Source: Gekko japonicus (Eukaryota). From it: a stretch of DNA of 63,156 nt. The position numbers were made by a program, and so were the translations under genes. The notes under the pieces were generated by a model. The model was not told where the DNA came from and searched no databases. It saw only the letters and a list, made by a program, of their open reading frames with translations. Shown in pieces: positions 1 to 13,300 of the stretch. How positions within the stretch are numbered: the first letter of the stretch is position 1; each line of letters opens with the position of its first letter. Location: the NCBI RefSeq assembly GCF_001447785.1, contig NW_015171584.1, positions 38,547 through 101,702 on the forward strand, given 5' to 3'.

Positions 1-793
1 AAATGGGCAGTAAATGTTAATACTGAGATCTCTATGGACTCTTGGGAATATCTGTGGAAAAATTCGATCAAGATCTCGTCATGTACCAATGTGAAAGAGA
101 ATTGTTATAAAATGATGTACAGGTGGTATATGACACCCAAGAAAATAGCCAACATGAACCAAAACTTTTCTAACAAATGTTGGAAATGTAGAAAACATGA
201 AGGTTCATTTTATCATATGTGGTGGACATGTGAAAAAGCTGTGGACTTTTGGACTAGAGTTCACAGCGAAATGCAAATTTTTTTGAAATGTTCCTTTAAA
301 AAAGCACCAGAAATTCTGCTCTTAGGACTTAAAATGGAAGAATTGAATATTACAAAAAGAACTTTATTTTGGTACCTGATTACAACGGCGAGAATACTCT
401 ATGCACAATGTTGGAAACAAGAAAGAATTCCAGAGTTAGAAGAATGGATACAAAAAACTTTGTTTATGGCTGAGATGGACAAAATTACGAAAAAATTGAA
501 TAACAAAGAAGATCAGGAATTCTATGAGGAATGGAGAGACTTTAAAATTTACCTAGAAAAGAACTGGGATATAAAGCATAATCTATTATATTTAGAACAA
601 TATTGAAACTAGAATATGATGTTATCTTAAGGTGTACTGGAGTGACGAGGGGGGAAGCATTGTGGGAAGCCACGGGGAGGGGGAGAGTAAAGTGGGGATA
701 TTGGGGGTAAAAATTGAAACATTAATGGAACTGATGACATGTCAATATTTTCATGAAAAATAAAATTGTGTTCTAAATAATAATAATAATAAT
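1..793 (+). mobile_element. L1-clade LINE, 3' end (ORF2 C-terminus + 3' UTR + (TAA)n tail)
   Basis: ORF 34-606 has the L1 ORF2 C-terminal CCHC-type motif CWKCxxxxGSFYHMWWTC. It is followed by a G-rich UTR, AATAAA (~759) and a (TAA)n tail ending ~793. Same family as 42941-43593. Confidence 0.85.
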
Positions 794-1245
794 TTTTTAT
801 TATTCCAGAGTCCTATCTGTGTTAAATGTAGCCATTCCTAAAGAAAGTCATACCCTTCCGAGTCCACTGAAGTTGTTCAGGATCTAGGTCACCAGAGTTC
901 AGAAAACTGCTGACTCTTCTGGTGTTTGATCTTCACCTAATCCATGATTTTGTATTAACCTTGTGCTGAGAGCCCTCTTCCCTCCAGTTTCCAGCTGCCA
1001 TCTCTGGAGCAACATGCACAAACAGGAAGCAGTGAAGGCCCTCTCTGACATGCCTTGTAGCAGCTTAGTGAAGATCATTTTGTATATAAATTCAGTGCAC
1101 CCTAAACAGAGATACACCCTCCTAATCCTATTGATTTTAATAGAAATGTGTGAACTGTTATGACAAACTGCCTTATTTTGGATTATGTGAGGATTTGTTC
1201 CTTTAAATTTTCACGTGCTGGAGGAATCTTATATTCCATTGACAC

Positions 1246-1706
1246 GATTACGATGTTCCTTTACTTCCTGAAACGGTACTGCTGAACTTTTGGCATGATG
1301 ATAATATTCCAAAGAACAAGAGAGAGCTTATAGCAATATTGTTAGTTGCAGCCAAATTGCTGTTGGCAGCCAAGTGGAATCATTCAAAGCTGCCAACGAT
1401 TTCTCAATGGAAAAACAAATTGTGGGACTTCTTTGTTATGGCCAAGATTTCAGAGTCAATTAAATCTGCAGAACGTCCATCATATTCCTCAAAATTGGCT
1501 GAAACTTGGTATCCGTTGTTAACATACCTTAAGAGGGAGAAAGAAGAACCACACGATAGTCTATATCTGGAGTATGCACATTTCTGTTAAAGATGATTAT
1601 TGATTGATTGTTTGTTTCTTGTTGTTTCCAATTTGTAGTGACCACTCATTATTGTGCTATTTTGTTATATTTGCGGAAATTCAATAAAACTATTAAAAAA
1701 TATATA
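1246..1706 (+). mobile_element. 5'-truncated L1-like LINE with 16-bp TSD
   Basis: ORF2 C-terminal-like peptide (LLVAAKLLLAAKW...WKNKLWD), AATAAA at 1683 and an A/AT tail. Flanked by direct repeat TATATTCCATTGACAC at 1230-1245 and 1707-1722. Confidence 0.85.
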
Positions 1707-1832
1707 TATATTCCATTGACACTATCTGCCCTCCTCTTTCAGGGTTGGTACCCACACAGATCATCCACACACCCAGCCACTTATTGATGAGATCTTTTTA
1801 TAAATGTTAATCTCTGTGACTTTTCATGAGCA

Positions 1833-2145
1833 TGTCAGAATCAAAGCAGATCATAAGATACACTCTTGCAAAAAGGTTTTATTTTATTAAAGCCATGAAA
1901 CGGGTAGAACACAGTCTTTGTCAGGAATGACACAATGTGCTTGATACAGGTATAATAAAGGAAATTCAAAATAGTTTGGGCCAATAGATATGATTCCCGC
2001 TAGCGCAAAAAGATTCCCCTCGCGCCCAAACCTTGGGAACACAATGGTTAGAACTAATTAAACAAGTATTCTATTCCCACGCTACATTGCATGATAGACT
2101 AAGCAAAAAGCCTCCAAGTGCAAACCACCTGCTGCATTACTGACA
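1833..2145 (-). mobile_element. possible LTR
   Basis: TGTCAG...CTGACA inverted termini and minus-strand AATAAA (~1878-1888). No TSD found, and the link to the adjacent pol is unproven. Confidence 0.3.
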
Positions 2146-3184
2146 AGGTTCCTTCAAATCTCTGCAAGCGTATACGGAAAGGAATGCAGTTACAACTAAA
2201 CGCATGGGGTTAGGTGTGGGCATGCACATATGGATTACCAAAGAAGAAGGCGAGGGGGGGGGTTGGACACAACTCATAAGCAAAGAAAATACAATTGGCA
2301 GCTTGCTGACAGAGCACCACAGTTTTTTTCTGGGATGAAGTTTATGATTTAACTCTGTCAGATACTTAGCTCTGTCAGAAACTGAGGCACCCACGACAAG
2401 GAACAATAAAGAAAACTGACCATTTTTTTTACAAGAACAGGCAGGCAGGGAAAATGTATACAAGGGAAAAGCTGATGCTTGTGTATACGTTGTTTCAAAT
2501 GGCATAGTTCAGCTTTAGGTTAGTTCATTTATAATCATTCACTTCAGATGCTATAGTACAAAACACACACTCTCTAATCTCAACACCTGTGCTGTACTAG
2601 ATTGCTGTTTTCCATTTGGATTTCTCAGGTACTCTCTACTTTCACAAAGAAATACCTCCACTGTGCCTTGGTTTTGTCCCCTCTTTTCTTTTCCTTTTTA
2701 AAAATATTTTTGGACACCCACTACTCCTATAAACCCTCCTGGAACACACTAAATCCACTAAACCCAAATTGCTCCCAAGGAGGGTATAGATTCAATGTGA
2801 GAATAACGTGAATTTCTTGTTTAACCACCAGGAGCTTATTTTCCCTTTTAAGTCTCCTTAGATATCACTGTGGTATAGAAACTTGTTTGGCTTTTCTCAG
2901 ATTCCCTTAATATTGGAATCTGTAGAGAAATCTCATTTACTCCTTGGACTCAGTGAGATCCAACATGATTTGTCAGTCCCCTGACACAATACCCACCAAC
3001 CAAAAAAACCCTCACAATCTCAATGGCCAAACTCCAACTGTCAAGAGAGTTTTTGTTAATCATTAGAATCCCCCCCCACAAAGTTCTGCACCAGAATTAC
3101 ATCACCCCTGCTATTCACTTGACTGCAGGTGTCTTTCCTTGCAGGCTAATTCAAAGCCCAGAGTCCATCACAGCTGTGTTCAGG

Positions 3185-6100
3185 ATAGCCTGCTTGTTAT
3201 TGTAAAGCAGTACTTGTTTCCACGGGCAGTTTTGGGTAAGGGTCTGATAAAATTAATCCTAGCACAAGGTCCCTCAATGTGTTGGTGTGGGAAGGGCGCT
3301 TTTGGTCTGGAGGGGTCGGTATTTACCATAGTACAGGAGAGATAATTGTCTACCCACTGGGCAACTTTCTGGTACATGCCTGGGCACCATCCAACTTCTT
3401 TCACCCTTTCTAGCATTAAATCTTTACCTCGGTGACCTTGTTCATGGATGAATTGTATTAAATCTCCCTGGACTGCCACAGGGACAACCCAGTGATGGGT
3501 GCCTGTGTTGTCTATTGCCCAAACTACACCTTCCTGTACCTCTATCTGGTATCTGCTTGTAGGATCCTTTCCTGTGTGCAAAAGGTTGGTGATATTAGCA
3601 TCATTCTTCTGGAGTTCTCCTAAATCTAAAAACACAGGAGAATCAGGGCCCTTGAATGGGATTGACTCCTGGTGGTGACTGGCAGAAGGAGGTAGGTGGG
3701 ATTTTTAGGAAGTATTTCCATCTGCGCTGCATCCTTATCTAGTCGTTCAGCCTGATCATTCCAATAGGCAATGTCCGTGGAATTTTTCTGGTGATCTTTC
3801 ACATGAGATATTTGGTTGGGCACAGTGCGCTCGTGTAGAATGGCAACCACATGCATCCAGTGTTGCAAGTGTGCAATGGGCTTCCCCTCACTGTTCTTCC
3901 AATCTTATTTCTGCCAGTGAAGGAGCCAAACTGTGGTGGCTTTTGCAGTCCAGTCAGAATCCTTGAAAATGGCCAAGGGACTGTCTAGAAGCTCGAATTC
4001 AAGTACTGACTGAAGCACCGCCACCTCAACCACTTGTCTTGAATGTGGGTTGATGGGGCTCTGTAGGACAAATCCATCCTGTACTTCTATGGCTCCAAAG
4101 CCAGTTTTAGGGGTCCCGTCAACATGGAAGGATGAGCCATCACAGAACCAACAGATAAAACCTTGCTGCTTGGCTTCATCTCTAGAGGCACTCCCATTGT
4201 TGCGGGCCAGGGCATATGCTCCACTATGGGTAGTGGGCATTTGTGCTCTTCCCCTGTAAATATAAGGCTATATGGGGCAAGGGATTCATTCTGTTCCTTC
4301 TTATATTTCACCCCCTTGTTAACTAGGGCCAAAGTCCACTGGGCAATTCTAGCATTTGAGACTTGACTGTCCTGAATTTCCCCCTAGAGGATGTATTTAA
4401 GAGGAGTGTGCATTGTCTGCACAATTACCTTTGCACCTCCTATTATGAACTCCCAGTGAGTAAGGCTCCAGACTAATGCCAGGCAGATCTTCTCACATGG
4501 GGTGAACTTCATTTCCATGGGGGACAGATTCCAGAAGGCATAAGCTATTATTCACTTGGCCTGATGCTGGATTAAGGTTGCTCCTACGCTTCTCTCAGAG
4601 TTGACAAGCTGTATGCAGTAATTTTTATTCGGGTCTGGGTGTGGTAGAGCTGGGGCTGAAGCTAAGCTCTGTTTAAAGACAGCAAAAGTGTGCTGCTGTT
4701 CTGGTCCCTAATGCCAAGGGGTATCTTTCTTTAGAATGGTGTAGAGGAGGAATGCCTTTTCTGCAAAGGTTTCAATAAAACCTTCAGAGAAAATCAAAGT
4801 ACCCAAGAAGTATCTCAAGGAAGGAACGTCTGTGGGAGCAGGCAGCTTGGAAATAACTTCCATGTGTTGGGGTCCTGCCTAGCACTAGCCCTAAGTATTT
4901 TACATGTGTCTGTACTAGCAGGGCTTTTTTTTGACTTGCCTTGAAGCTGTTTCCCTAAGGAGGTTCAGGACTTCCCTAGTGACATCCTGCACCATCTCTG
5001 TAGTGGGGCATGGACAAGAATACTATGTATATAGCTGAGCATGTGGTCATGAGAGGCTGGTTGCAGGGCTTGAATGGAAACCCTGTGGGGTTTGTTTGAA
5101 GGAGTACTGCTGACCTCTAAAAGTGAAGGCAGACTTGTACCAGCACAACTCGTGGAGGCACATCAAGTGGAACACATTTGCAAGATCAACTACACTGTAA
5201 TATCATGACCCTGCAGCAATGGCGGCTAGGATTTCATTGTACTTTGCTACTACGGGGGCTTCAGGGGGAGTCACAGTGTCTAGAGCCCTGAAATTGACAG
5301 TCATTCTCCAGGTGACTACATCTGACTTTAGAACTGGCCACAATGGGGCATTGCAGATGGATTGCATAGGGAGAATGATGTCCCATTCAAGAAGCCCTTC
5401 AATGGTTTTGGCAATCCCTATCTCTGCCTCCGCTGGATACTTATACTGCTTTTGAGGTGGAGGGTCTCTTCCTTCAATGAGTACACATAAGTTCTTTACA
5501 GTCCCACATTCTGCCTTATCACGTATTCAAACCTCAGGGAATTCCTGGACCCAAGGGTCCTCAGAGAGGGGAGATAGGGATAGGGGAGCTTTTAATGCCA
5601 TGCACCGGTGGACCGCTTTGACCAGGCTAGGTCCACCCTGGAGCTTCCAGAGTAAGCCATTCACCAGATCAATGGTAATTTCATGGTCACAGAAGAATGA
5701 GAACCCTAAGATCCCATCATCTTCTCCCTGGTTATTGTAGGTGGTTACATGTGTGTAAAGATTGCCCACAGTGAGGGGGATGTCTTTCCACTCTCATGCA
5801 GAGTGGTTGGCCCCAGCGAAACCAACAAGACTTATAGTACTCTTGGTAGGGGTGCCTCTAGATGCCAACCGGGGCAGAGCACATTTAACAGTGCTCTGGT
5901 ATCTACAAGGAGGATGGCAGGTTTGGTGTTGCCTGTGCTTGCAAGCTGTGCTGGGCGCTGCCTACAAGGGCAGCACTGGCAGGAAGGGGAAAGTTTTCAG
6001 ATTTTTCTGCAAACCTAGCAGTCACCCAGCTTTGCAGAAAAACTTGTTTGGGGTAACTATGCCCCTATTTGCAGAAATAAATATCTGCACATAGGGGACT

Positions 6101-6250
6101 GTTGGGAATTAGTTATATATAGTCAGAGATGATCCCAAAGATTAAACACATATAGGTTGAAGTACAGGAGGGAATATGATTGCCCTCTTATCCTCCCTGC
6201 ATGGCCCTGATGAGTGGTGCCCTGTTTTTGTTTTCCTGGTCAGGTCTATC
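3185..6250 (-). mobile_element. degenerate retrovirus-like LTR retroelement pol (PR-RT-RNaseH tether-RNaseH-IN)
   Basis: Minus-strand translation gives: ILLVDTRA (protease, ~5900); PPQKQYKYP...CNAPLWPVLK...WRMTVNFR...DLANVF...PQGFHSSP (RT); IIAYAF...CEKICLALVWSLTHW (first RNase H/tether); WFCDGSS...DSDW...HVKDH...WNDQAE (second RNase H); HEQGHRG zinc-binding domain and GPCARINFIRPLP (integrase, truncated). Many stops and frameshifts. Confidence 0.85.
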
Positions 6251-6352
6251 ATTATATAGGTGTTTCCGCTAATAATTAATGGTTTAGTTGAAAAATCAAC
6301 AGGTAAATCACATGGCTTCCCACTTTTGGGAAGGGTGGGCTATAAATACGAA

Positions 6353-6417
6353 TGGATGGATGGATGGATGGATGGATGGATGGATGGATGGATGGATGGA
6401 TGGATGGATGGATGGAT
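6353..6417. repeat. (TGGA)n microsatellite
   Basis: About 16 perfect TGGA units. Confidence 0.95.
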
Positions 6418-6449
6418 ACTCAGTCAATAAAACTATAGACTCTCTAGAA

Positions 6450-6767
6450 CAGTGGTGGTGAACCTATGGCACGGGTTCCAGAGGGGGCACTCAGAGCCCT
6501 CTCTGTGGGCACGTGTGCCATCGCCCCAGCCAGGCCCAGACCATCATTAAAGTGTTGAATTCTCTGCCAAATCATTTTAAGTAAATGAAAGCATTTGGGA
6601 TTGCTTTCCTTACTTTGCTTGAATCATCTTAAGTTAATGTATGAGTTGTTTTTCTAAAGTAAAACCTCAGTATTCAGGTTAAATTGCCATGTTGGCACTT
6701 TGCGATAAATAAGTGGGTTTGGGGGCGCAGTTTGGGCATTCGGTCTCTAAAAGGTTCACCATCACTG
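6450..6767. mobile_element. hAT-type MITE
   Basis: TIRs CAGTGGTGGTGAACCT / AGGTTCACCATCACTG; imperfect 8-bp TSD CTCTAGAA / CACCAGAA. Confidence 0.75.
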
Positions 6768-6964
6768 CACCAGAAGATGCATTCATTCCTGTGTATAAGA
6801 AGAAATGCTTCTCCCATGATGGTCCTGGCCATCTGCAGTTTTTATAATTGCCTGTATTTTAAAAAGTAGACCGGATTCAAAGTACCACAAGAAGAGCTCC
6901 TTCCCTCCCTCCCTCCCTCCCTCCCTCTGCAGGCAACACAGCACCTCAAACACTTTGTATCTCA

Positions 6965-7177
6965 GCCAGTTCAATTATGTGATCTTCTTGCAAGAGAAGT
7001 TCCCAGAGGAGATCGCCCCAGAGCATAAAGCATGTCAACTGGGTCTGATGAACAAACAGGTCTCAGAATCAATATAGCTCCCTTCTGTATGAATGTGTCT
7101 AAGAAACTACCAGTGCAGCTGATGACTCAGTAACAGAGGGGGCTGACTGTGTGTGAACATCAGAGTCTCCAGTAAGT
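6965..7177 (+). promoter_or_regulatory. putative OR promoter and non-coding first exon
   Basis: Homeodomain-like CAATTA (6972), O/E(EBF)-like TCCCAGAGGA (7001-7010), TATA-like CATAAAG (7024) and splice donor CA|GTAAGT at 7172. Lies upstream of the acceptor TTTTCCAG|G-ATG at 8304-8306. Confidence 0.4.
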
Positions 7178-7640
7178 ACAAAGTTATCTCCTTTGAAAGC
7201 TTTAGTTAGTATTTTGAAGAAGCCTACTAAGTGAATTTCTAGAGGTTACTACTAATATCAACTAAGCCATTGGAATGGGCAGGATTATTTTTTTAGGTTT
7301 GCTGCATTTTGATGACAATACTTGAATACCAAAGTTCCATATTTGAAGGCTGCATCAGATTTAGTTTGAGAGTTTTAAGCAGATGCTAGTATCTGCCCTA
7401 GGAATCAGTGAGGCTTCACAGTACAAGAAAATGTGCTAGTTCCTATTATTAGCATTTATATAGTACTTTAGGGTACATATGAAATTTTTCATGTACTACA
7501 AAAGAATCTTGGGCTCTAGGCAGGCCTTAGATCACTTGATTTACTAGTACTGAGTTTGCGGGAGTGGGAGGGGGCAATCATAGATACCACTTGTTTTTAT
7601 TGAAAGAGTTATCTCTACCAAAAGGCAGAAGTAAGCACTA

Positions 7641-7906
7641 NNNNNNNNNNNNNNNNNNNNNNNNNNNNNNNNNNNNNNNNNNNNNNNNNNNNNNNNNNNN
7701 NNNNNNNNNNNNNNNNNNNNNNNNNNNNNNNNNNNNNNNNNNNNNNNNNNNNNNNNNNNNNNNNNNNNNNNNNNNNNNNNNNNNNNNNNNNNNNNNNNNN
7801 NNNNNNNNNNNNNNNNNNNNNNNNNNNNNNNNNNNNNNNNNNNNNNNNNNNNNNNNNNNNNNNNNNNNNNNNNNNNNNNNNNNNNNNNNNNNNNNNNNNN
7901 NNNNNN
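7641..7906. other. assembly gap (266 N)
   Basis: Run of N. Confidence 1.
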
Positions 7907-8305
7907 CAGAGGTTATATATGTGGATATGCTGTGTATTCCTGTTTGTCATTTTGTGGTTTATGAGTAGTTCACAGATGGCTTCTTATTCCGGATCCTTCA
8001 CTGGCAGAATTCAGGCCATTGGTTTTTCTTTGAATTAGACAGAACAAAATAGCAGTATTATGATCAAGATTCAGCCAATATTTTCACTCACACACTTAAT
8101 TCCCCTTATTGTATCCTCATCACACGTGGATTTTGTTCATGGAGCCCTAATGATGCCTTTTCATTTTCTTTTCTTTGATGGTGTTCAAAGTGTTCCTTGC
8201 TTTCTCAAAAGCACAGAAGATGGTTGGGTCCAGTCTTATGTATAGCCACATGATTCATTTCTCCTTAATTCATATATTTATGTGTATTTCCTCTTATTTT
8301 CCAGG

Positions 8306-9028
8306 ATGTTGACAAAGGAAGAAAATATTCTACAGAATAGTTCAGCACTGTCTGGATTCATCCTTCTTGGGCTTTCTGATGAGCCCAACCTGCAAAGCAT
8401 ATTGTTTTCTACTTTTCTAGTGATCTACATCATCATCCTGGCAGGAAATCTCATCATCATTCTCCTCACGTTGGTTGATCCTGCACTACAAACACCCATG
8501 TATTTCTTCCTGAGAAACCTGTCCTTCCTGGAGATCTGTTACACATCCGTAAATGTCCCCAAGATGCTTGAGAATCTTCTGTCTGGGAACAAGTCCATCT
8601 CCTTCCTAGGATGTGCTCTAGAGACCTATTTCACATTCTTTCTTGGTGGTTCTGAATGTTTTCTCCTGGCTTCAATGTCGTACGATCGCTATGTTGCCAT
8701 TTGTAAGCCTCTGCACTACCCTGTCCTCATGAACAGGAAAGTGTGCATGGGTCTAGCTGTGGCACCTTGGTTAAGTGGATTTTTTATGTCCTCTGGTCTC
8801 ACCAGTATGGTGTTCACCATGTCCTTTTGTGGTTCCAATGAGATCAATCACTTCTTTTGTGACATCCCCCCATTACTGAAATTGGCTTGTGGGGACACTT
8901 CCAGGACCGAAATGGCTGTATTTCTAGTGGCTATGATATTTATATCTTTTCCATTCCTCCCAATCTTACTGTCATATGCTGGTATCATTGCCACGATTCT
9001 GGGAATGTCTTCTGCTGAAGGGAGGTAA
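8306..9028 (+). pseudogene. olfactory receptor (OR10-like), 3'-truncated after SAEGR (TM6-TM7 missing)
   Basis: GN, LQTPMYFFL, MSYDRYVAICKPLHY and HFFCDIPP motifs. Stop occurs immediately after SAEGR, and no KAFSTC or PMLNPxIY follows. The real ATG is at 8306, after a splice acceptor. Confidence 0.92.
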
Positions 9029-9700
9029 TCACATCATCATTATTCTTCTACAATGCTTTACCAATATGCATGTGCATACTTAGAATTAAGGAGGAGTGGA
9101 GTACAACAAAGGGATCATTGCTTAAAGATCAAAAGGAAGGAGCAAGATGCACCTGCTTACATGTTTAAGCACCTTACCTCTTGCTTCTGGTAATCATAAA
9201 CTCCAGTGTCACAGATGGGTCAATTTAAAGGATAGCTTAGGAGCAAGATCAAAACAATCAGCACCATTGTGTTGTCTTGCAGGTATTCTGTGCTGGTGAG
9301 TTCAAGAAACACAAAGGATAGGGCATTTTCTGTTGGGGCACCTCACTTATGGACTCTGGATTCCCCAGAGGTTGTGTTACAAGATCAGGACAGTTGCAAA
9401 TTTATATTAAATGGCAACTGACAAAATGTGCATTTTATTCCTACCTGGTGAAATCTGCTATTCCACACAATAGCATCCTCATTGATAGTGAACTCTTGGC
9501 TTCGTGACATCTTTCCAACCTGGACTCGAAAGAAGGAGAGATTGGGGAAGATGATCCAGTTAACAATGTCATACCCAGTCAATAATTCCCCATTTTCAAA
9601 CAGGACTTCTTCTGCAGTGCTGTTGTTAAAATGGATGTTTTTTAGAGTGGAGCTACATTAGGAATGAATGTCACAACGTTTAGGGAATGGACCCTCTTCT

Positions 9701-9909
9701 TTTTTTTTAATTTAATTTTTTAATTGTTTTTAACATATATAATACAATATAAGCTAGCTTAAAGACAGTTAGACATAAAATAGCGTATGAGAAAACAATC
9801 AAACACCTATGTAACAAACAGAGTGCAAGGCTAAAATATAAAACAGTCAGAGAATTTCCATAAAGTTTATGATGAGTTTAGAAGAATAATAACTTTGTAA
9901 AGTATTCAA
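9701..9909 (-). mobile_element. short retroposon 3' fragment with 15-bp TSD
   Basis: Poly-T at the left end; direct repeat AATGGACCCTCTTCT at 9686-9700 and 9910-9924. Confidence 0.8.
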
Positions 9910-10109
9910 AATGGACCCTCTTCTCACAGTGTCTTCTACAAACATCCTACAGACTTGAATTGCACATACATAGCAAATTTCTCCGATCTTCTTGTTCGTT
10001 TATTGCCACAGGATGCACCAGTGTCTAGTATGTTTGTGGTTCTTTGAAGATTCCAAAGAGTTCCTGTGTGACCAACCACAGGATGATGTCTTATACTGAC
10101 CTTGATGAA

Positions 10110-10305
10110 CCAATAAGAATAAAGAATCAGATTATTGGTTCATCAAGGTCAGTGTTATTTACTCAGACTGGCAATGGCTCTTCAGGATCTCAGGTAGAGG
10201 TCTTTCACATCACCTTCTACCTGGAGGGTTTAATTGGAGATTCTGGGGATTGATCCTGGCCTGCATGCAAAGCAGAGGCACTGTCACTGAGCCACAGACC
10301 TTCCC
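10110..10305 (-). mobile_element. degenerate tRNA-derived SINE
   Basis: Reverse complement reads GTGGCTCAGTGACAG (A box) ... GGATCAATCCC (B box). Same family as 50786 and 54481. Confidence 0.55.
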
Positions 10306-13300
10306 AATCTGTAATATTGTTTCCACTTTCTGACACAGTTTCAAACACATCAAGAAGTTCATTACAACACTGACTTACCTACCATGGCTGAACGGTCAGC
10401 TGATCTAAGCCTCTATGCAGCATGCTTTTATGTCTGAAGAAGTATGTATGCAATATGTGTGCTATAGCATAAACAGCATTGTAGACACTGTAGCTCTGCC
10501 TGGTCATGTCAATTTCAAACATATATTTAGGCAAGCTCTCCAGCTCCTCCTCTCCTGTACATATCTTACAGTTGTTTATATTTTCACTGACCATACAGCA
10601 CTTAAATGCAAATTGCCAGAACACAGAGAGAAAATTCATCAGTGTCTTATCTGAGTTTAAGGTCTTGAGGAAGTCTGGGAATCCTTGCACTGTATTTGTG
10701 GGAACTAAAAAAGTCAAGGCACCATTGAAGGTTTTTGTAAAGAAGCTGTCCGTGGTGATCGTGTTTATGAAATCCCATTGTGCTGTTATGATCCAGACCT
10801 TCCCTATATGATCCTTTTTGGTAAATTAAAAAAAAATTAATAAAGCATCTAAAGGAAATAGACATCGAGATTCTGTGCTGACGATAATCATGTTGGCTAG
10901 AGTTGAAAGAAGTGATGAACTTATCTCTGAAATACTTTTCATGTAAGTAAAGAGAGATGTTCTGTCTACTGCTGCAGTTCTGTGCAAAAATGCAACACAA
11001 ATGGTATTCTCAGTAAGCAGTTGTCTCAAGGTTTGAATAAAACTTTCTCCATCATCATCATCAGAGACAATAAGGCCAACCCATGTCCATCTGAAATGCA
11101 GAAGCAGACGCACAATCCCCATATGCAGCAGAGCTTCCATTGGTGCCATCCGGTACAAGAAAGGGAACTCAGTTTTCTTACTTAGTGTAGTCTCATATAT
11201 ACTATAAGTGATCTAAGACAGAGGATGTAGCTTATTAGAGACAGGAGAAATAGCTGTAATTTTCCAGAATGCTGTGCTCTAGAAACACAAAGTTCTCAAC
11301 TTTTGCTTTTGGGTTAAATTTTCAAATATTCTGAACAACACATGCTTTCTTTTTCCAGTATGAGATTCTTAATTGCAAGTTTTAGTGATGAATAGCAAAT
11401 GACTTTCTAACCACAATGACCACAATCCTCTGAAGATTTCAGCATACAGAAAAAGGTAAGGATACATTATTTTTATTTAATTGCAAACTCTGAGCTTCCA
11501 TGCTTTGTACATACAAACAGTTTAATTGATAGATTTGGAAGAGACCCCTCACCAATCCATCCATGACAGCAATACTCATCATCATTATATGTCATCCTGC
11601 ACAATCTATGGAATTTCAGGAAAGTATTTTGGTCTGCGGTAGCATCTAGCTAATCTAGATGATCTATATAATAATTACGTTCTGAATTTGGTCATTCTAA
11701 AAGTCTACAACCATGAAATCCAATACACAAACCATTTAATGTGAGGCAGGATGATCGATTGCTTTGTAAAAGTATGCAACAGATGTGAATTATTCAGATT
11801 ACTTTTTAAACAAAAAAGAATACTTTAAAATGCCATCAAAATGGCACCAAGGTAATGCACAGCCACTGCCATCTTATTTTCATGTATCCCACTGCAATAA
11901 TTTATTCTCTGTAGCTGCTTTCCCACATTAAAAAACATATACACAATCATCCAGTTATTTACATTCTATACAGCTCTGCTGCTCCAATATATAGTTCATC
12001 AACTTTACATCGTGGTATGTACATGTCTATAACAATAGCTATATCATCCATGTAGATACAGATAGAATTAATCAGAAGGGTCTCATTAGTAAATTGCAAA
12101 GTTTATTGTGTATGTCTGATGGAGAAAACTGGAGAAACAAGCATAAATATTTGATATACAATTCAAGTGTCAGACAGGCAGATTGGTCATAATAGTAATA
12201 AATTCAAGGAGGGAGAAGACATAAAAGTGTCACTGGGAAAGGTAAAATAGTTTTAGATTTTCCACGATGATATAGTGTCATTATCCCCCACCTCACCCCA
12301 AAACCCTCACATTAGTCAAATGTACACAGTGGCTTGAACTCCACTATTTGTGTCTGCTAACAGAAGGCATTTCCTTGTGTGTGTGTGTGAACTGTCAAGA
12401 CACAGGCAACTTATGATCTTGGTTAGCATGTGAGATCTTACAGGACTGGAATGGAGTTTCCCTCCAACTACTCTTCCACTGCACCCCAGGGATCTTTCCA
12501 AATTATTTCACCCATTGGACACCAGGAACACTATGGGTCTACAGCAGAAATGGGAACCAAAGAAACCCATAATCTTTTCCATTTGTAGAAATGATTGGCA
12601 GAATTCATCCCATTCACTCAGCCATCATCTTGAGATACACGTCTCAGTGCATAAACAGGAACATGAGCAATGTGGTTTTCCTGTACTCCTTGCTTCGTCA
12701 TTCATGTTATGTGTATTTGATCACATTATTCAATCAAGGCATATTAGATCAGAGTACACTTGAACAGCAAGAGTCATCCATTGAGCTCTGAATACATATG
12801 CACTTACCTGTGGAATCTTGTAGATACTCAGGATAGTGGCCATCTGGATGATGGTCTCAACAGTGTATCCCCCAATGACAGACAACACCTCTGTATTCTT
12901 GTGGCATTTGAAATTGAGTGATTTCCTTTGGTGTATGAACAACATACCAAGAATTGTCTCATAAGTGTTCCATGCATTAAACTGGTTGTCATAGATGTGG
13001 AATCCCAAGGTTACATTGGGCAAGAGTCCAGGATTTTTATTAATCTCATCAATGGCAAATATCAAGGCCAGGGCTTGCTGGTAATTTTTAGGTGCCATGC
13101 TACAACAAGGTAGACATTGAGACTAAAACACCAGCACGAAAGACAATGAACTGAACCTAGATGGCTTTTTCAGTCAGTTTCACACAATTCCCATCCCTAC
13201 TACAGCAACGGTCTCACATGGCTTTTATCCTTTCAGATTCTATTAATCCTAGCATAGTGGGGGTTACTTGTTTGTTTGTTTGTTGTTTGTCTTTTTGGTT

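Noticed and set aside
2146-3180. env or accessory gene of the retroviral element
   Set aside because: No signal peptide, furin site, heptad or TM pattern could be recognised in any frame; the 122-aa ORF looks random.
7564-7968. ORFs of 134 and 111 aa
   Set aside because: Artefacts of translating through the N gap.
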